Below are positions 38,631 to 53,182 of a DNA stretch of 64,000 nt, piece by piece. Numbering within the stretch: position 1 is the stretch's first letter; each line of letters starts with the position of its first letter. The stretch spans positions 75,392,001-75,456,000 of the forward strand of contig NC_043003.1 in assembly GCF_006345805.1 (NCBI RefSeq), given 5' to 3'. The DNA is from Octopus sinensis. Taxonomy: Eukaryota. A program made the position numbers and the translations under genes. A model generated the notes under the pieces. It did not search any database. It worked only from the letters and a program-made list of their open reading frames with translations, and was not told the DNA's origin.

Positions 38631-39408
38631 GAACCTCGAACAGCTTCGTTGCAAAGAAAAGTCTCCAACTACAGAAAATCTTCGTCAAGACATCGATAGA
38701 TTCACCTCTATATCTGTATCACTATAATTTTTAATTTTCATTAACTGTATGTTTCGAATTTTACAAGGAAATAACTTCTTAAATAATATCTTGGATTCTT
38801 AATAATTCTTTAATTTATTAATAATTTGGATATTTAATTCGACAAATATTCTGAGTTAACTCTGCACCTGTTCCATTTGCTTTATTTATTTCTATATTTT
38901 CATATAGCAAAAACGCCCAGAAGGTTGTTTCTGAAACGACTACATTCCTATATATTTTTTCATTCGTTCAATTCTATGACTATCAGGCACATGGAAATTA
39001 AGGAGTAATCATCATATACTATATCATCATATGTAGTTGTCTTCTTTGTCTCAAATGCAAGATACGATCAGCAATATCGTAATACACAGAATAGGATTGT
39101 CCCTAATTGTCACTGAACATTTCCTTTATATTCACAACTGAATGTAGATATATCTATGTTTTAGGGATATATACATTTCAGATGTCTGTTCTTACTATAC
39201 AGTGAACTCCCTAGTTTTCATGTTATTCGTTGACTTAAGTCAAGCAAGGCAGTGATAATGAGTGCACATCAACCAGCAAAATGTAATTTGCACACATTGA
39301 CAAAAAAACACACATATGTAGACACACATGGATATAAATACATATTTGTATATGTAAATATATACATATATATATATATATACGTACATATATATGTATA
39401 TATATATA

Positions 39409-39669
39409 TCAACAATTGAGGGTAAAATTAATTAGTTATTAATGCTGAGAAATGCTGAGTTTATTTGGCTAATCGTTAACGTTCTCAAATAATCTTTGTA
39501 CTTGTGATATTTTTCTGTCTTTACCTTCGTGAGTTATTTTGAGTAAACATTATCTGAGAGAAATTTTCTTTAAGTAGTGGAAATGGCAAAAAAAACTTTT
39601 TTTGGCTGCTATTTCTAGCAAGTTCAGTATGTGGCAAAGTAATATATTTTACTAAGCCCTAATTATATA

Positions 39670-39675
<6 letters not shown>
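39409..39675. mobile_element. Older copy of the 11.0-12.5 kb repeat family, again with an inverted junction
   Basis: Starts TCAACAATTGAGGGTAAAATTAATT (as 11497), then switches to the orientation of 12150-12385; embedded in (TA)n. Confidence 0.75.
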
Positions 39676-39710
<35 letters not shown>

Positions 39711-39759
39711 TATGTGTGTCTATACATGAGTACTTCAATACATATATATATTCAGTAAT

Positions 39760-39808
<49 letters not shown>

Positions 39809-41444
39809 CTCACATACTTATTGTGTATGTGCGGGTCTATGTGTGTGTTTGTGTGTGTGTGTGTATGTGTGTGAGTCTGTGTCTCTGTGTGTGTGCATTA
39901 TATATATCCTAATTTGCAAGAATGAATTTTCTCCATTCTGGCGATCAGAGAATATAAAAAAGTATAATATTGATAATATAATGATTTCGATCCATCATCG
40001 AATATATTATATATATATCCATCCTGAATTTGAAGTCTAGTGCCTAGGTCAGATATCAATACATGTATTTTTCGATATTTCCTTTAACGCTGTTATAAAG
40101 GTTAATGATAAATTAAATGAAATATAAAAATAAAACCCGTTTTTATTGACATGCTTTGCATTACGATTTTCACTTTTAACTGTTTAATATTCTAAGAAAC
40201 AATTGCTTGCATTGATTCGTCTCAATGCATTATTGTTATAATTTCATTTCTTTAGATTGCCTTTCCGTTCTTTGTGTTTCACTTAAATTTACTTAATTTG
40301 CCTGAAGCCATACCATGCCGTTCTGACATTATTCCAATGACAAGGGATTGATTCTGACGTCTATTCATCTTTGTAATGATTCTCTTGAATTAATGATTCT
40401 GAACTTGCTTCTCTTTTGTAGTCCAAGAATTATGGGTTTAAAAGCAAATCTACTTGGAAAAGTGTCAAGGATTTCTCTATAATTCGGTTCTCTCTCTTCA
40501 ATCCTTCAGTATCTGCATCTCTTTTCTTTTACATGTCAGTTTCTCTCTGTTCCACCCCATCTCCTTTTCTCTTTCGTTCTCTCTTTCATTCTTTCAAACT
40601 CTCCCTTTCTCTCCCTCATTTTCTTCTGTTTTCTCTTTCGCTTTCTGAAACACTCACAAACTCTGTCTCTTACTCTTTCTATTTCTATATCTCTCATTTT
40701 GAGATATCTATAATTCTGATTAATATTCTTCTGTGCAAGTATTGAACATTTTCCTGACGTTTAATTTGAAGAAGATTCCTATATATAATGATTACTGACG
40801 CAGCGCCACAAATTTATCCCTATTTTATCGAGGCTGTAGAGATGAAGAACTGATATTATCTCAGCGAAATTCGAGTGAAGAATCAATTACAACGTTTCGG
40901 TTGGCTCATTAATGGTTTCACTTCCCACCAGTCCCTGTTCTATTCAACGAAAAATATTGATTCTATTGCATAGCACAAAGCCACAGAGATCGGTGTCATT
41001 AGATGGTCAATTATTATATATTTTAACACTGGCACAAAGGGTCACATTATTGGTGAAGTTATAGTAGTTTAACTCATCCTTTGAATTTAAATAGTGTACG
41101 ATATCGCTATATGAAACTCGTGGATATGCATAGTAACGTTGGATTAGCTACTCTGAATTTAGAATGTAATGTTGATTAGCTTCACTAGCTGAATTCTACC
41201 ACTGATTTCGTCCAAGAGATACATGGATTGTGGTGTTCACTATGATATAGTTATCACTCATGTATGAGGAGAATGCAAAATTGAATAAAATGATATAACT
41301 CTATCGTCATAAATATTATATATGCTATATAACTGTATGCAACATCCTTTTATGTATATAATTATGAGTGTCTTCTCTCTCACTCACGCTCTTTCTGACT
41401 CTCTCTTCCACCCTCTCTATCGATATGTGTGTATGCATGTGTGT

Positions 41445-41516
<72 letters not shown>

Positions 41517-41684
41517 TGTGCGTGTGTGTGTATGTGTGTGGGTGTACACATATACATGTATATATTTTGTCGTTGATATTTTTTAGCTTCTCTTGTAAAT
41601 TGTTAGAGCGTACTTTTTAACAAAATCACTTTACCAAATGTCACTCAGGTCTTTTTGTACACACGCACAGTATCTTGGAATATT

Positions 41685-42075
41685 CTTTTCTTTTCTACTC
41701 TAGGCACAAAGCCCGAAATTTCTGGGGAGGAGACCAGTCGATCAGATCACCCCTACTACGCAACTGGTACTTAATTTATCGACCCCAAAAGGATGAAAGG
41801 CAAAGTCGACCTCGGCAGAATTTGAAATCAGAACGTAAAGACAGATAAAATACCTATTTCTTAGCTACCCATAGAGGACAAACAAGGACAGACAAACGGA
41901 TTAAGTTGATTACATCGACTCCAGTGCGTAACTGCTACTTAATTTATCGACCCCGAAAGGAGGAAAGGCAAAGTTGACCTCGGCAGAATTTGAACTCAGA
42001 ATACAGCGGCGGACGAAATACCGCAAAGCATTTCGACTAACGTTTCTGCTAACGTTTCTGCTAGCTCGCCGACTT
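41685..42075 (-). mobile_element. Dimeric family B SINE with 16-bp target-site duplication
   Basis: Two tandem monomers; AGTATCTTGGAATATT at 41669-41684 and 42076-42091. Confidence 0.85.
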
Positions 42076-42419
42076 AGTATCTTGGAATATTGTTAAGCCA
42101 ATGTGTCATTTGATCTCTGATTGTGATATGATAGTAATTTAAGTTGCTACTTGCAGTTGATTGAAGGACCCTTACATACAGAGCCGTTTCCCTCGCATGT
42201 ACACATTTCTGTTCTAGGATTAAGATTTAGTGTAGAATCCCACGATGTTTGGAAATACCACACGTGTAAAAGCGTTGATGATTCGATTCCAATAATTTAA
42301 AGGCTTTATCCTCCAAACTAGAACTTGTGGGGATATAATGTGAAACTAAATTGTAAAACTGAAAACATAACAATAATATCGGTATTACTGCTTCACTATA
42401 ATAATCGTAATGGTAATAT

Positions 42420-42780
42420 TAGTTTGAAATTTTGATTCGATGCTAGCGACTTCGGAAGGAGCGGGATATGTGGACTACATCGACTCCGGTGCCCAACTCT
42501 TAATACATTATCGGCCCAGAAGCATGAAATACGTGAAGTCGGAAGAAATGGTGTTATGCATTTATTCCAGCATGGTAACGATACTTCTAGCTCACTGACC
42601 TATAGTAATATTACGGAGCAGGGATAAATCCATTACGTCGAAAACAGTGCTCTACTGGTACTCGGGTGGTGAAATTGGAGTTGACGTCAGCGGAATTTTA
42701 ACTCGGAACGTAAAGACGGATAACATTCCTCTTAATGTTTTCCCTACGTGCTAGCAATCATCCTAGCTCTCTGCCCTGTT
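42420..42780 (-). mobile_element. Decayed family B SINE copies
   Basis: Weak colinearity with family B (CGGAATTTTAACTCGGAACGTAAAGACGG). Confidence 0.55.
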
Positions 42781-44524
42781 GTAATATTACTAATATTTAT
42801 TGTGCATATGATCAGATTTTTAATGTTCAGTTTAAGTAGTTCTACTAGTATGTGACATTTTCGAAAGTCAAACAGATTAATCAAGAAGAATTATATCATT
42901 TAATATTCTACTGAATATGAGAAACGATTACAATAATCACGTTAATTGACAATAAAGGGATTTACAAGCGTATCAATATGTTGATTACTTTAAAATATTT
43001 GAATGAGAAACGCATTATGCTTTGAAATGGGTGAGATTGATAAATCGGATATTTTAGCTAGATGTAATCCTCAAGTAATCCCTCGTGTTACTATGTGCCA
43101 ATTCTCAAACTAATTTAAATAGTAACAGCAGAGCTCTACGCTTTGATTTTGCGTACCAGATTCATGTATAATTTGTTAGTCTATCCAGCAGCAACAAATC
43201 GGTGCATGTGAGTCGATGACTAGTACTGAGTATTCAAACTGCAAAATTCCACCTACGTGTATATAGTTAAAAGAAATTGAAAACTGTAGAATGACACTAA
43301 AATATTACGATTTCAAAATTCAGCAACAAATCCTAAAACTTTAATAAAAGAGCCTCCCACGCATCATTACCAAGTATGCAAACACGATATTACAAAAATA
43401 ATGAAAATAAACAAGACCTCATTCAATTTGCCCGAAGAAAGCTTAAGACCAATTCCTTTCACACCGTCGTGTCTTATATCTTAAGATTCCAAGCAGAAGG
43501 CGACTGCAAAATATGTACTGGTGCAACACTTAACACCGCCCACTGATGGATTCACTACAATAACTCACTTGGTCACACCTACGTTTTCAGAGCATCTTAA
43601 AGTTCAGTTCTTATTTATCTTTAAGTTCTTTGTTATCATCATCTGTAGAACAAACGCGTATGTTGATGATAATTCACTTCACTCTACTGTAACCCTCCTG
43701 GTTCTGGCTTCATCAATGTGTAGCATTGCATTAAACTTATTTTACCACTATGAACAGGAACTTTGTCACACTTCTCCATTTGGTTAAAGACACAAATGTC
43801 TCATTCAAGAGTACAGAGGTACACTCAATACGTTAATCTAAAATATCAAGTATCAAATGCACTAATTATGAATCACATATCAACAGGAATCATTAAAGAT
43901 TAAAAATTTACAGCTGATTTTTGCGTGTCAGTTCACACCGTTGCTACTGCACCGACTAAATACTATCTCACTTTTATCTTTACTACCAAGAATTATTCAA
44001 TTTTGAATATTTGACTACATGGCGATACAGCAATAATTTGAAAACCACACATTCTAAAAGGTTCCGCACACAAAACGCACTGCAACAAAACTTATAAGCA
44101 GAGTAGAAGATATCGAAATCAAGGCTACCTCAATGGTTAGAAAGATGTAATTCATTATATTATTCCAACATTATATAATATTTAGTTTCTGACGAAATAC
44201 CAAACTACAGATATTGAGGTTAAGTATGCAACTTTTGCAATGTTCTTAATATTGGATGCTTTGGATTGCAATGGATTGTATTATCGCATTCATTTAGAAG
44301 GAGAAACGGATAGGTCTTCTCTGAGGAATATTCAACGAGCTGTGAATTGGTTCAAGAGATTATATTTTCTATTTTCAGCACATGAAAGTCGTATCATGGA
44401 AAATATGATTTTAGATTTAATTCTTATTGTCATGGATATATTCAAATAATTTAATTTATTCCATTTGATCTGATTAACGTTATGTCATGCATATATCCAT
44501 TCTTGGAGCAATATTATTATTACT

Positions 44525-45717
44525 AATTGTTTTCGATTGAAACAGTCATATCAATGAGGAAGCATTATTTTTGTCAGAGATCTTTCAATATAATGCCTGG
44601 CCTATTCGATCAATCTTTCTGTCAATTTGAACGATGAAATTCCAGAGAAGTGAAATTTTGTGGCACCGGAGGTAGTTTCTGTTCCCACCAGTTTTAATCA
44701 TGAGGCAGTTTCAGGTTTTTGCAAATTACCCAGTGAATAAATTGTGCTGTTCTATCATGCCTGTTGAGATACTCTGTCGGCGAAAGAAGACTGCACATGG
44801 AGAAAGCAGGATAAATGGTTTCATTTTGTTGTTCAGATTCACGACATCTTCGGCTACTGCCGTTCCTTAATATGTTACCCTGGAAGTTCCTTGTAGGTAG
44901 GCATTGGTCTTGGGCTGCTATGATAAACCCTTCTGCGTCTGATTTTAAGCCAGAAGACACTAACCATTGATGGGTAAAGGCTTTGTCAACATCAGCACTA
45001 TTAGCTCTCTGTCGGTATTTGCCATTGAGAGACTTTCCTTGCCATTTCTCATTAAGAATATCTAAGGCAGCTGTTTTGGCACGAGTTTTCTGTGTTTGTT
45101 TCTAGTACGTCTAATTCTGGAATTTTTGTATTTGGAATTCACTTAGATATTCCTCTGCCTGTTTTGTTACTGAGTATGATGTGTTCTTGTTTTCATACTT
45201 TGGGACAAGTTTCAACATCCAGTCATCAGAGATTTCAGGTAGATATCTAGGCCAATTGTGTCAATCTTCATTGTTAATTCTAGCTGTATAAGTCCAGAGC
45301 CACCCTCTTTTCCTAACAGGAAAATCTCTTCTATATCAGCCTTGGCAGATTTGCCTTAGTGTGGTGCATTCTATGTATTGTCAACATTTTCCGTATTTTA
45401 TGTCAAGATTACGTATTTCAGTAATTGACCAGTTAATGATATTGAAACTGTAAGTCACACTGGTATGGCTAAATAATTGATCGCTTCGATCCTGTTTCTT
45501 GCATTCAGCTCTGTCTTAAGTATTGCGCTCACCCTGCGATTACATTCTATTCTGATCCTTTCCCTCATCACTAAATCTTTGATTCTGTCCCTTCCAATTA
45601 CCCCTAGGTATTTGTAGTCCTCCGCTGGTTCTAATTCTTTTATGAAATTCTACTTGTTAAGGTTACCGTTAGATGTTTCTGTCGTTTTTCCTTTGATAAA
45701 AGTAGCTTTTGCACATT
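44525..45717 (-). mobile_element. R4/Dong-type non-LTR retrotransposon fragment (RT C-terminus, CCHC region, REL endonuclease start)
   Basis: YKYLGV; GLKSDAEGFIIAAQDQCLPTRNF; YLNRHDRTAQFIHW; LIDMTV; abuts a TAA tract. Confidence 0.85.
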
Positions 45718-45759
45718 GTTATCGATTTAAGTATTTTGAACGAAATATCCATTATTCGA

Positions 45760-46025
45760 ATGGAAAATTATCCAAACTCCTAAGAACTCATCTTAACACA
45801 TGGCTATGATGCTCCCTCATTACTCTCCTCGTGATCAGAGATGGACATATCGTCAGTCACAAAGGGAGATGCTCAAATGTTTAAGATCAAACAACTGACG
45901 AACAAATCTATTGTATTAGGCTTAATAGTTGCTGTAGCCCATCTTTTATGCTAAGACTAAAGAATGTACACGATATAACTTCCGGCGAGTTAAGATCAGA
46001 AAACATGAGAGCCACTGCTTGGTAT
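45760..46025 (-). mobile_element. Partial family C element
   Basis: Aligns to 61600-61860. Confidence 0.7.
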
Positions 46026-46064
46026 TACTATTATTATTATTACTGTTATTATTGTTATTATTAA

Positions 46065-46490
46065 GCGTATATTGACTGGTAATATGCCATACGCTTTCAC
46101 CGTTTTGTCTACAAATTCTGCACTTGTCACTTTCTGATGTGTTGTCTATTCTTTAATTTATGTAATTTGTTTTTAGTGCTTGTTCTTGGGCAGCACAGAT
46201 TAGAGCCACCGTTTCCGGTTTTAATTCAATTTTAGTCATCCACATCCATCTTTCTCTGACTGTCTTATCCTCAACAACACTATGAAATTCTCAAAACATT
46301 CTTATCTTTACCCACCTATTTTCAGTTTCATTCGTTTTCAATTGCTTGTGCAGCGTTTTAACTTTGCAATCTTTCATTCTACAAATGCCTGCCCTTCTTA
46401 CTTCTATTAATAGCGGTTCTGTTGCATTTTCTTACATACCATGCTATGTTATTTTCTTCTGTCCTAATAATGTGTTCGCATCTAATATAT
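46065..46490 (-). mobile_element. R4/Dong-type fragment, different subfamily
   Basis: LKPETVALICAAQEQALKTNY..KCRICRQNGESVWHITS. Confidence 0.8.
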
Positions 46491-46534
46491 CCTGTATTAT
46501 CATCATCATTATCATTACTATTATTTATTATAAT

Positions 46535-47103
46535 TGAGTGAGAGAGCAGTGCATGCCATCAAAGGGACACTGGCGTAAAATATACAAAGCCTAGTATACC
46601 CATCATGACTACCCGTCTGATAAGGGTACACTAGGCACATGCATCCCAACCATGTGTGCACGACATGGTGATCGTATATCAAGATAAACAGCACATGACC
46701 TTGCGGGTGAGGCTCAGTTATAATTTTTTCTTCTGGTCGAAAGGTCCCTGACTAAGGGTTGTTTAAGGATATTGAATGAAACACCCATGTTTCCAGAGGT
46801 GAATTATTCAAAACCCAAATAATAACTCTCAACACATGGCTGTGATTCTCCCCCGCTACGTCTAATTGGGATCAGAGATGCACGTATCGTCAGCCACCAA
46901 GGGTCATGCTCAACTGGTTAAGGTCAAATAACTGACAAGCATATCTTTTTTATTGAGCAGAATATTTGCTGTTGCTCATCTTTTATACCAAGACAAATCA
47001 ATGTACATGATAACACTTCCAATCAGTTAAGATCAGAAGCCCTGGGAGCCACTGCCTGGTACTGCATCGGGACAAAGCCACTGCCTGGTACTGCATCAGG
47101 GCA
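46535..47103 (-). mobile_element. Full-length family C non-autonomous element in (TTA)n
   Basis: Colinear with 61315-61870; terminal ~28 bp duplicated. Confidence 0.85.
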
Positions 47104-47104
47104 A

Positions 47105-47256
<152 letters not shown>

Positions 47257-48320
47257 TTTGATATTTGACTTTTACTTTACATTTGTACAATTTGGCTCCA
47301 AGTCTCACCCACAGACATCAAGACGAAACATGTTAGACGTTCATGTCGGTGCTATGCCTAGGGTACCATATATATGGTTCTGTGCATAGAGTTGTTCTAG
47401 AGAATTTTTCAGAAGTCATTACAAAATTGTGTTTGTTTGAATGTTTGAGATAACAAAGTAAGTATTTTGCGTAGGATGTGGGCAGTTCCCATGAGCACCA
47501 TTTTTTGAATTTCTGCCATTTTGGAGTTTCCTGGTATCTGCAAGGATTGTATTTGCACATCTTCTAACGCTGGATATGTACTACGAAGTCAGCTGTCCAC
47601 TACCAGTGAACTTAGGTACCCCTCCTTATTTTTCGAGCACCACCTGGATTGTTCGAGCGGTTCCAAGCTGTGCTGATTTCTGCAAGTGCTCCACCATTAT
47701 TGCAGCCCCTATTGTTCCATGTACTTCTCAAGATTTTTACCTGTCCTATCTATCGACTTTTCTTCCTTCCTTATTGCAAACGCTGTTGTCAGTTGGACAT
47801 ACTACATCTTTGATCCAGCATCGTTGGTCTCTCAGCCTGCTCTGTAGCCGATTTGTCATTTTGTTGATAAATAGTATGTATTCTGGAATCGGGAGTGTGT
47901 TGCTTTCTCGCAGTCTGTATTTTCACGACTTGTTCAGCGGTTTGGATAACCGTTTCTAACGATGGAGAGCTTTGAAGAGAGAGAGAGGGAGAGAGATGGA
48001 ATGTCCTTCCTTACTGGACCCCTTACTGGTAAGGATAGCAAAAAGTACCCATGATGTATTTACCGTGTTCGCATCTGTATGCGGTTTTGTGTATTGCGCT
48101 TCCATACCTTGCATTTCCAGAGATTTTCACATCGTGTTTTATTCGATGCTATCGAAGGCCTTTTCGTATCCTAGATAAACAAACTACAAAGGCAGCTTGT
48201 GCTTTCTGCTCATTCTTTAAGCTGTATTTGAGTGAATATGTGTTCATCGCACTCTAGTTCTTACGGATACATGCTTGTTCCTTCGTCTGATGATCATCGG
48301 GTGTTTTGATAGTCTGGTAG
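47257..48320 (-). mobile_element. Two adjacent R4/Dong-type 3' fragments
   Basis: IPGNSKMAEIQKMVLMGTAHILRKIL (47460-47540) and VEHLQKSAQLGTARTIQVVL (47635-47695) are typical post-REL C-termini. Confidence 0.7.
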
Positions 48321-48338
48321 CTATTATCTTTGTAAATC

Positions 48339-48569
48339 GGCGGCGAGCTGGCAGAAACGTTAGCTCGCCGGGCGAAATGCTTAGCGGTATTTCGTCTGTC
48401 GTTACGTTCTGAGTTCAAATACCGCCGAGGTCGACTTTGCCTTTCATCCTTTCGGGGTCGATAAATAAAGTACCAGTTTCGCACTGGGGGCGATACAATC
48501 GACTCAATCCCTTCGTCTGTCCTTCTTTGTCCCCTCTATGTTTAGCTCCTTCTGGGCAGTAAAGAAATA
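48339..48569 (+). mobile_element. Full-length family B tRNA-related SINE with 17-bp target-site duplication
   Basis: GGCGGCGAGCTGGCAGAAACGTTAG..GAGTTCAAATACC..; TATTATCTTTGTAAATC at 48322-48338 and 48570-48586. Confidence 0.9.
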
Positions 48570-49760
48570 TATTATCTTTGTAAATCGTTTATAGAGGTAA
48601 AACAACGATAGTTTCCGTAATCAGCGTTGTCACCTTTTGTATGAGTGTATAATATCGTATTCGAGTCTTTTCAAATTACAATGTAGCCTATAGGAAGAAT
48701 ATGGGAGGTGATGAAGAAGATACTGGAGAAGTGGAAAAATATCAAAGACCAGGTCGAGCATCCTCTCTCTCGAAGGCGATCAGACATGTCGAAAACTACG
48801 TTGAGAATCATAAAATGTATAAGTTCATGCAGGTTTCAAGGAAAGGGAAGATGATTGATGCCGGTGCTTGAGAGCATGGGCGGCCTTATGGTGACAGACA
48901 AAGGCGAGATGGAAAAGGCATCACTTTTAAAACAGTCGTTGAAAACCATCAGTGAAGCTCGATCCTCCACCGTCGGAAATGCTGGAAGAAGCTCCATTAC
49001 TTATGATCATTGAAACAGAAATTCTTTCACGCATGAAATGAGAAAGAGCGCCAGGAAAAATGAGATAACACAAAAATGGTGCAGGGGCGAAGAACTGTAG
49101 AAAATACTCAGTCTTCACTTGAATAACTATCTGAGGAATATTCATATATATATATATATATTCATGTATATATTGTGTATGTATGTATTGTGTAAGTGCA
49201 TTTAAGTCTGTGTGTGTCTCCGTAGGCTTAATTCTATAGAAGTACTTATACATGACTTCGTATGCATATATCTTTGGTTCACCAACCGCATATTCCTAAG
49301 TAGGCTTCTATTCAATTGAGTGGTGTGTTAGTATATACGAGCAGTAGTAGGTGTACTTCGGTATGCATATGTATGTGCACGGTTGAACGCCAGTCGTTCA
49401 TTTGATAGCTATTTCTTTATTGCTTTAAGCATGTGAATATATTCAATGTGTTTCTCAAGCCCGCGTGAGTTTTTGTGTTGCCGTGTATTTGTGATAGTTT
49501 TGTGAAATCGTTATTGATAAACATCGTATTCTCTAATATTAGTAATAAAAATGTGTACGTGTGACCTCCACCCATCTGCAAGGTTATCATATTAAACACA
49601 TTTACCTAAAGATCGTTAACAATATATCAGTAGAATAAATAAGGAAATCACCGACAACAGCAATCACCGTTCTCTTACATCAAACGGAAAACCTGAAGTA
49701 ATATGAAAAAATTTATAAAGAACAGCAACAACAGCAAAGAAATAAAGCCCTATAATAAAA

Positions 49761-49801
49761 ATGATGATGATGACGATGATGACGATGATGACGATGATGA
49801 C

Positions 49802-49836
<35 letters not shown>

Positions 49837-49868
49837 CGACGACGATGATGTTGATGATGATGATGACG
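49761..49868. repeat. (GAT/GAC)n microsatellite
   Basis: Direct reading; source of the poly-D ORF. Confidence 0.9.
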
Positions 49869-50581
49869 AGGGTATCAAAATGAGAAAGGGAGAAAATCAA
49901 CACAATATATGTGTATTTATTAGAGACAAAAGTATTGATTAGTTCTAGAAACAATATTTTCGACTTACCACTTTCCGATATAAATGCCCTAATCTTGTCA
50001 ATCTTTTCGAAATAGATGTGTAAGTTAATGTAACTCTACTGCTTTGATCAAGTGTTCAGTCAAAGACATTGTAAGAATTGGACATTCACTGAAAAATCCA
50101 TAAATAATTTTCTTTTTGTGTGTTGGTCAATTTGTTTTGATTTTCTTAGCCTTTTGTGTTTTACATTTTTAAGATTGTATACATTGTGAGACTTACAAAA
50201 CTAGCGTTAACCTGCGATAAGGCGAGTAGCTTTGCTAATATAATTTTGTGAAGTGAAGAGGAAAGTGAAGAATATATATTGTTATTCACTGAACTGGCAC
50301 TTGGGGTGGTGTCATAATTTTCTTTTTCAGTCAGAATATATAATATTTCTTTTTTTAATATCGTCGCACGCTAAAAGATTCGAGACCTTCTTTCAACTTT
50401 CATATCACTCTCAACACTTTTTGGCCATATATATATGTCTCTTTCCTTGTTTCTTTTCTTTCTTTCTTTCTGTCTATATATGCGTGTATGCACACATGCA
50501 TAACACAAAACTGTATCAAACGCAAACACTAAACTTTATAATATATATAAATACACACACACACACACACACATACATGTG

Positions 50582-50623
<42 letters not shown>

Positions 50624-50632
50624 ATATATATA

Positions 50633-50666
<34 letters not shown>

Positions 50667-52396
50667 ATATGTATATCAATACGCACGAACAAACACACAC
50701 GTAAAAACTCACACAGATATATACACACACACATATAATCATACACATTTCAACATACACATTTGTATACATTCACCAGAGGCTCTGAATACGTTGATCG
50801 TATCTTCAAAGTACACAACATTTTTGCTGTAGGGGATACTCTAACAAAAGATCATATTCAAAAATATGTGAGGTGAATAATAACAAGTTCAATACAAGTG
50901 AACGTGTGATCATTGGAAATATCACAATATTAGTGTTTATACTAACTGATAATTTCATGATTTCTTTTGTAGCTATTTAGATTTAGGTCAGACCTTTGGT
51001 CAAAATATATTCAGCTGTGCTTGTATAATCTTCTTCTTCTCATCCTTAATCTATGTTTCCATTGCCAAATATGAAGTTATAGTTTTAGAGAAGAGTGTGA
51101 AATTTCAGGAAAATATTTCTGCTTTCGCTAAATATACCATGCTTTCGCTAAATGTTTAAATTTTCAGTATAAGCGCTATCATAGCTGCATAAATGGTTCA
51201 TGACACTAAGGATTCCGAGAGATTCCAGCATCATTGTGGTATTCGCTATCAGTTTAGTAAACAGGAGCAGTGTGACACGGATTGATACATTATGCAAAAC
51301 ACTTACCTGCCCATGAATTCCACCCCAATGCTTATGATCTTCAGTGGAACACCCCAACTCCTGCATCCCAATATTCACTTTGCACGTAGAAAGTGTCTAT
51401 GTGCAGCAAATGGTGTTTAACCATAACAATGTACAAAATTATTTTATATATAGGCGCAGGTGTGGCTGTTTTGTAAGTAGCTTGCTTAATTTACACGCTT
51501 GTTTTCTTGTTATTGTTGTTCTTGGAACTAAGAAAGTCGCACGCTATTTTGTAGCGGCGAATTATTGACAAAAAGAGCTCAACTGTAGGGTAAGGCTCTT
51601 TATTTTTTGGGTCTAGTGGGGTTTTGTTGTTTGGCGTGTAGTATTTTGTTCGCAGGCAGGAAGTCCTCTCTGTCGGCTTGCAGTTGAGCATTACTGTTCA
51701 CTTAAGGTGAATTCTTTTGGCGGCGTGTATCACTTCCAAAAAAGCTGTGAAATTCGTGGAAATTTACCAAAAATTGTGGATTTTACCAAAATGTTGTGAA
51801 ATTCCTGGAATTGTACCAATTTGTGGAGTTCTGTCCCTGCTGGTGGATTACCCTAGGCCAGGAGTACTATCGGCCGGAATTGCACTTTCTTGAATTCTGC
51901 TGTTTTGAACTGTCTTCTTTCTTTCTTCGGTCTTTTCTTTGTTTTTTTTCTTCGACCTTTTTGAACTTGTGTTGACATTTTTTGACTCAAAAACATGTCA
52001 AAGAAAGCTGATAAGGTGTTGGAGTGGTTCTCAGATTGTTTACAGTGGGTTATTCGTATTGGAGTATTTATAACATATCCCAAACACAAATACACTCACA
52101 GACGCAAACCCAAACACGCGCTCGCATACATACACACACACTTCCCATATGCACACAGGTATACACACACTATTGGCAAATACACTTAATGAAAGCAAAT
52201 GAGGTTTCTAGAAAATATTTAATCATCAGTATATTAGAATCAGCAGATAACAGGTGTTCTAATATTTCTTTTGGCATTCGGTGTAAGATAATGTGAAATA
52301 ATATGTTGCCGATCAAAGCTAAAGGTAACACACCCTTTTCTCTCTTTATAGCTAGCGGGGTATCTGAATTCTAATTTAAAACAAATTTCGAGACTT

Positions 52397-52755
52397 TGTG
52401 GTAAGAAGCTTGCTTCCTATTCACATGATTCTGGATTCACCCCCAGTGAGGCACCTTGGGCAAGTTCCTTCTACCATAGCCACGGCCGACCTAAGCGTTG
52501 TGATTGGATTTGGTAGGTCAAAACTGAGAGAGGTCCGTCGTATATATGAATATATCTATGTGTGTTAGTCTTTGTATCTGTGCTTGTCCTCCCCACAGCT
52601 TGACAACCAGTGTCGGTGCGTTTACGTCGCCGTAAATTAGCGGTTCAGCAAAAGTGACAGATAGAATAAGTACTAAGCTTTAAGAAATAAGACCCGGGGT
52701 CGATTGGTTCAATTAAAAGCTCCCACGGCGGTACCCCAGCATAGCCGCAGTCATA
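52397..52755 (+). mobile_element. tRNA-derived SINE, family A
   Basis: TGTGGTAAGAAGCTTGCTTCC..GGCACCTTGGGCAAG..; colinear with the reverse complement of 3331-3793. Confidence 0.85.
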
Positions 52756-53139
52756 GTTCGGCAAGTTAAGTCATAGTGAAGCAAGTTAAGGATGAGACAA
52801 AATATATCGGTATGTATCATTCTGTGTATGTATGTGCTTACATATATTATTTCATGAGTATTGTGTAATATTAACGCATATCATTTAACGTCTTCTTCTA
52901 CATTACACTGTATGCGCACATTGTCATAAAATAAATAGAAACATTTTGCATTGTAGATATAGAATTCAGGTTATATTTTAAATTTGTTATGTAGAGAATC
53001 GTATATGAATATACATTTCAATAAATGCATCACTGCAATATGTAATCTGTGTTACTACTCTTTGCCATTCAGCTATTGCATGCTGAATAACCGCTTTCAT
53101 ATCTATCAATTCCAGTATATACTACGCTACACTGTGTTG

Positions 53140-53182
<43 letters not shown>

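Noticed and set aside
44240-44449. ORF beginning MFLILDALD (Walker B-like)
   Set aside because: Single short motif, no Walker A, no supporting exons.
49703-49942. Poly-aspartate ORF as an acidic biomineralisation protein
   Set aside because: A (GAT)n microsatellite with no signal peptide or splice structure.
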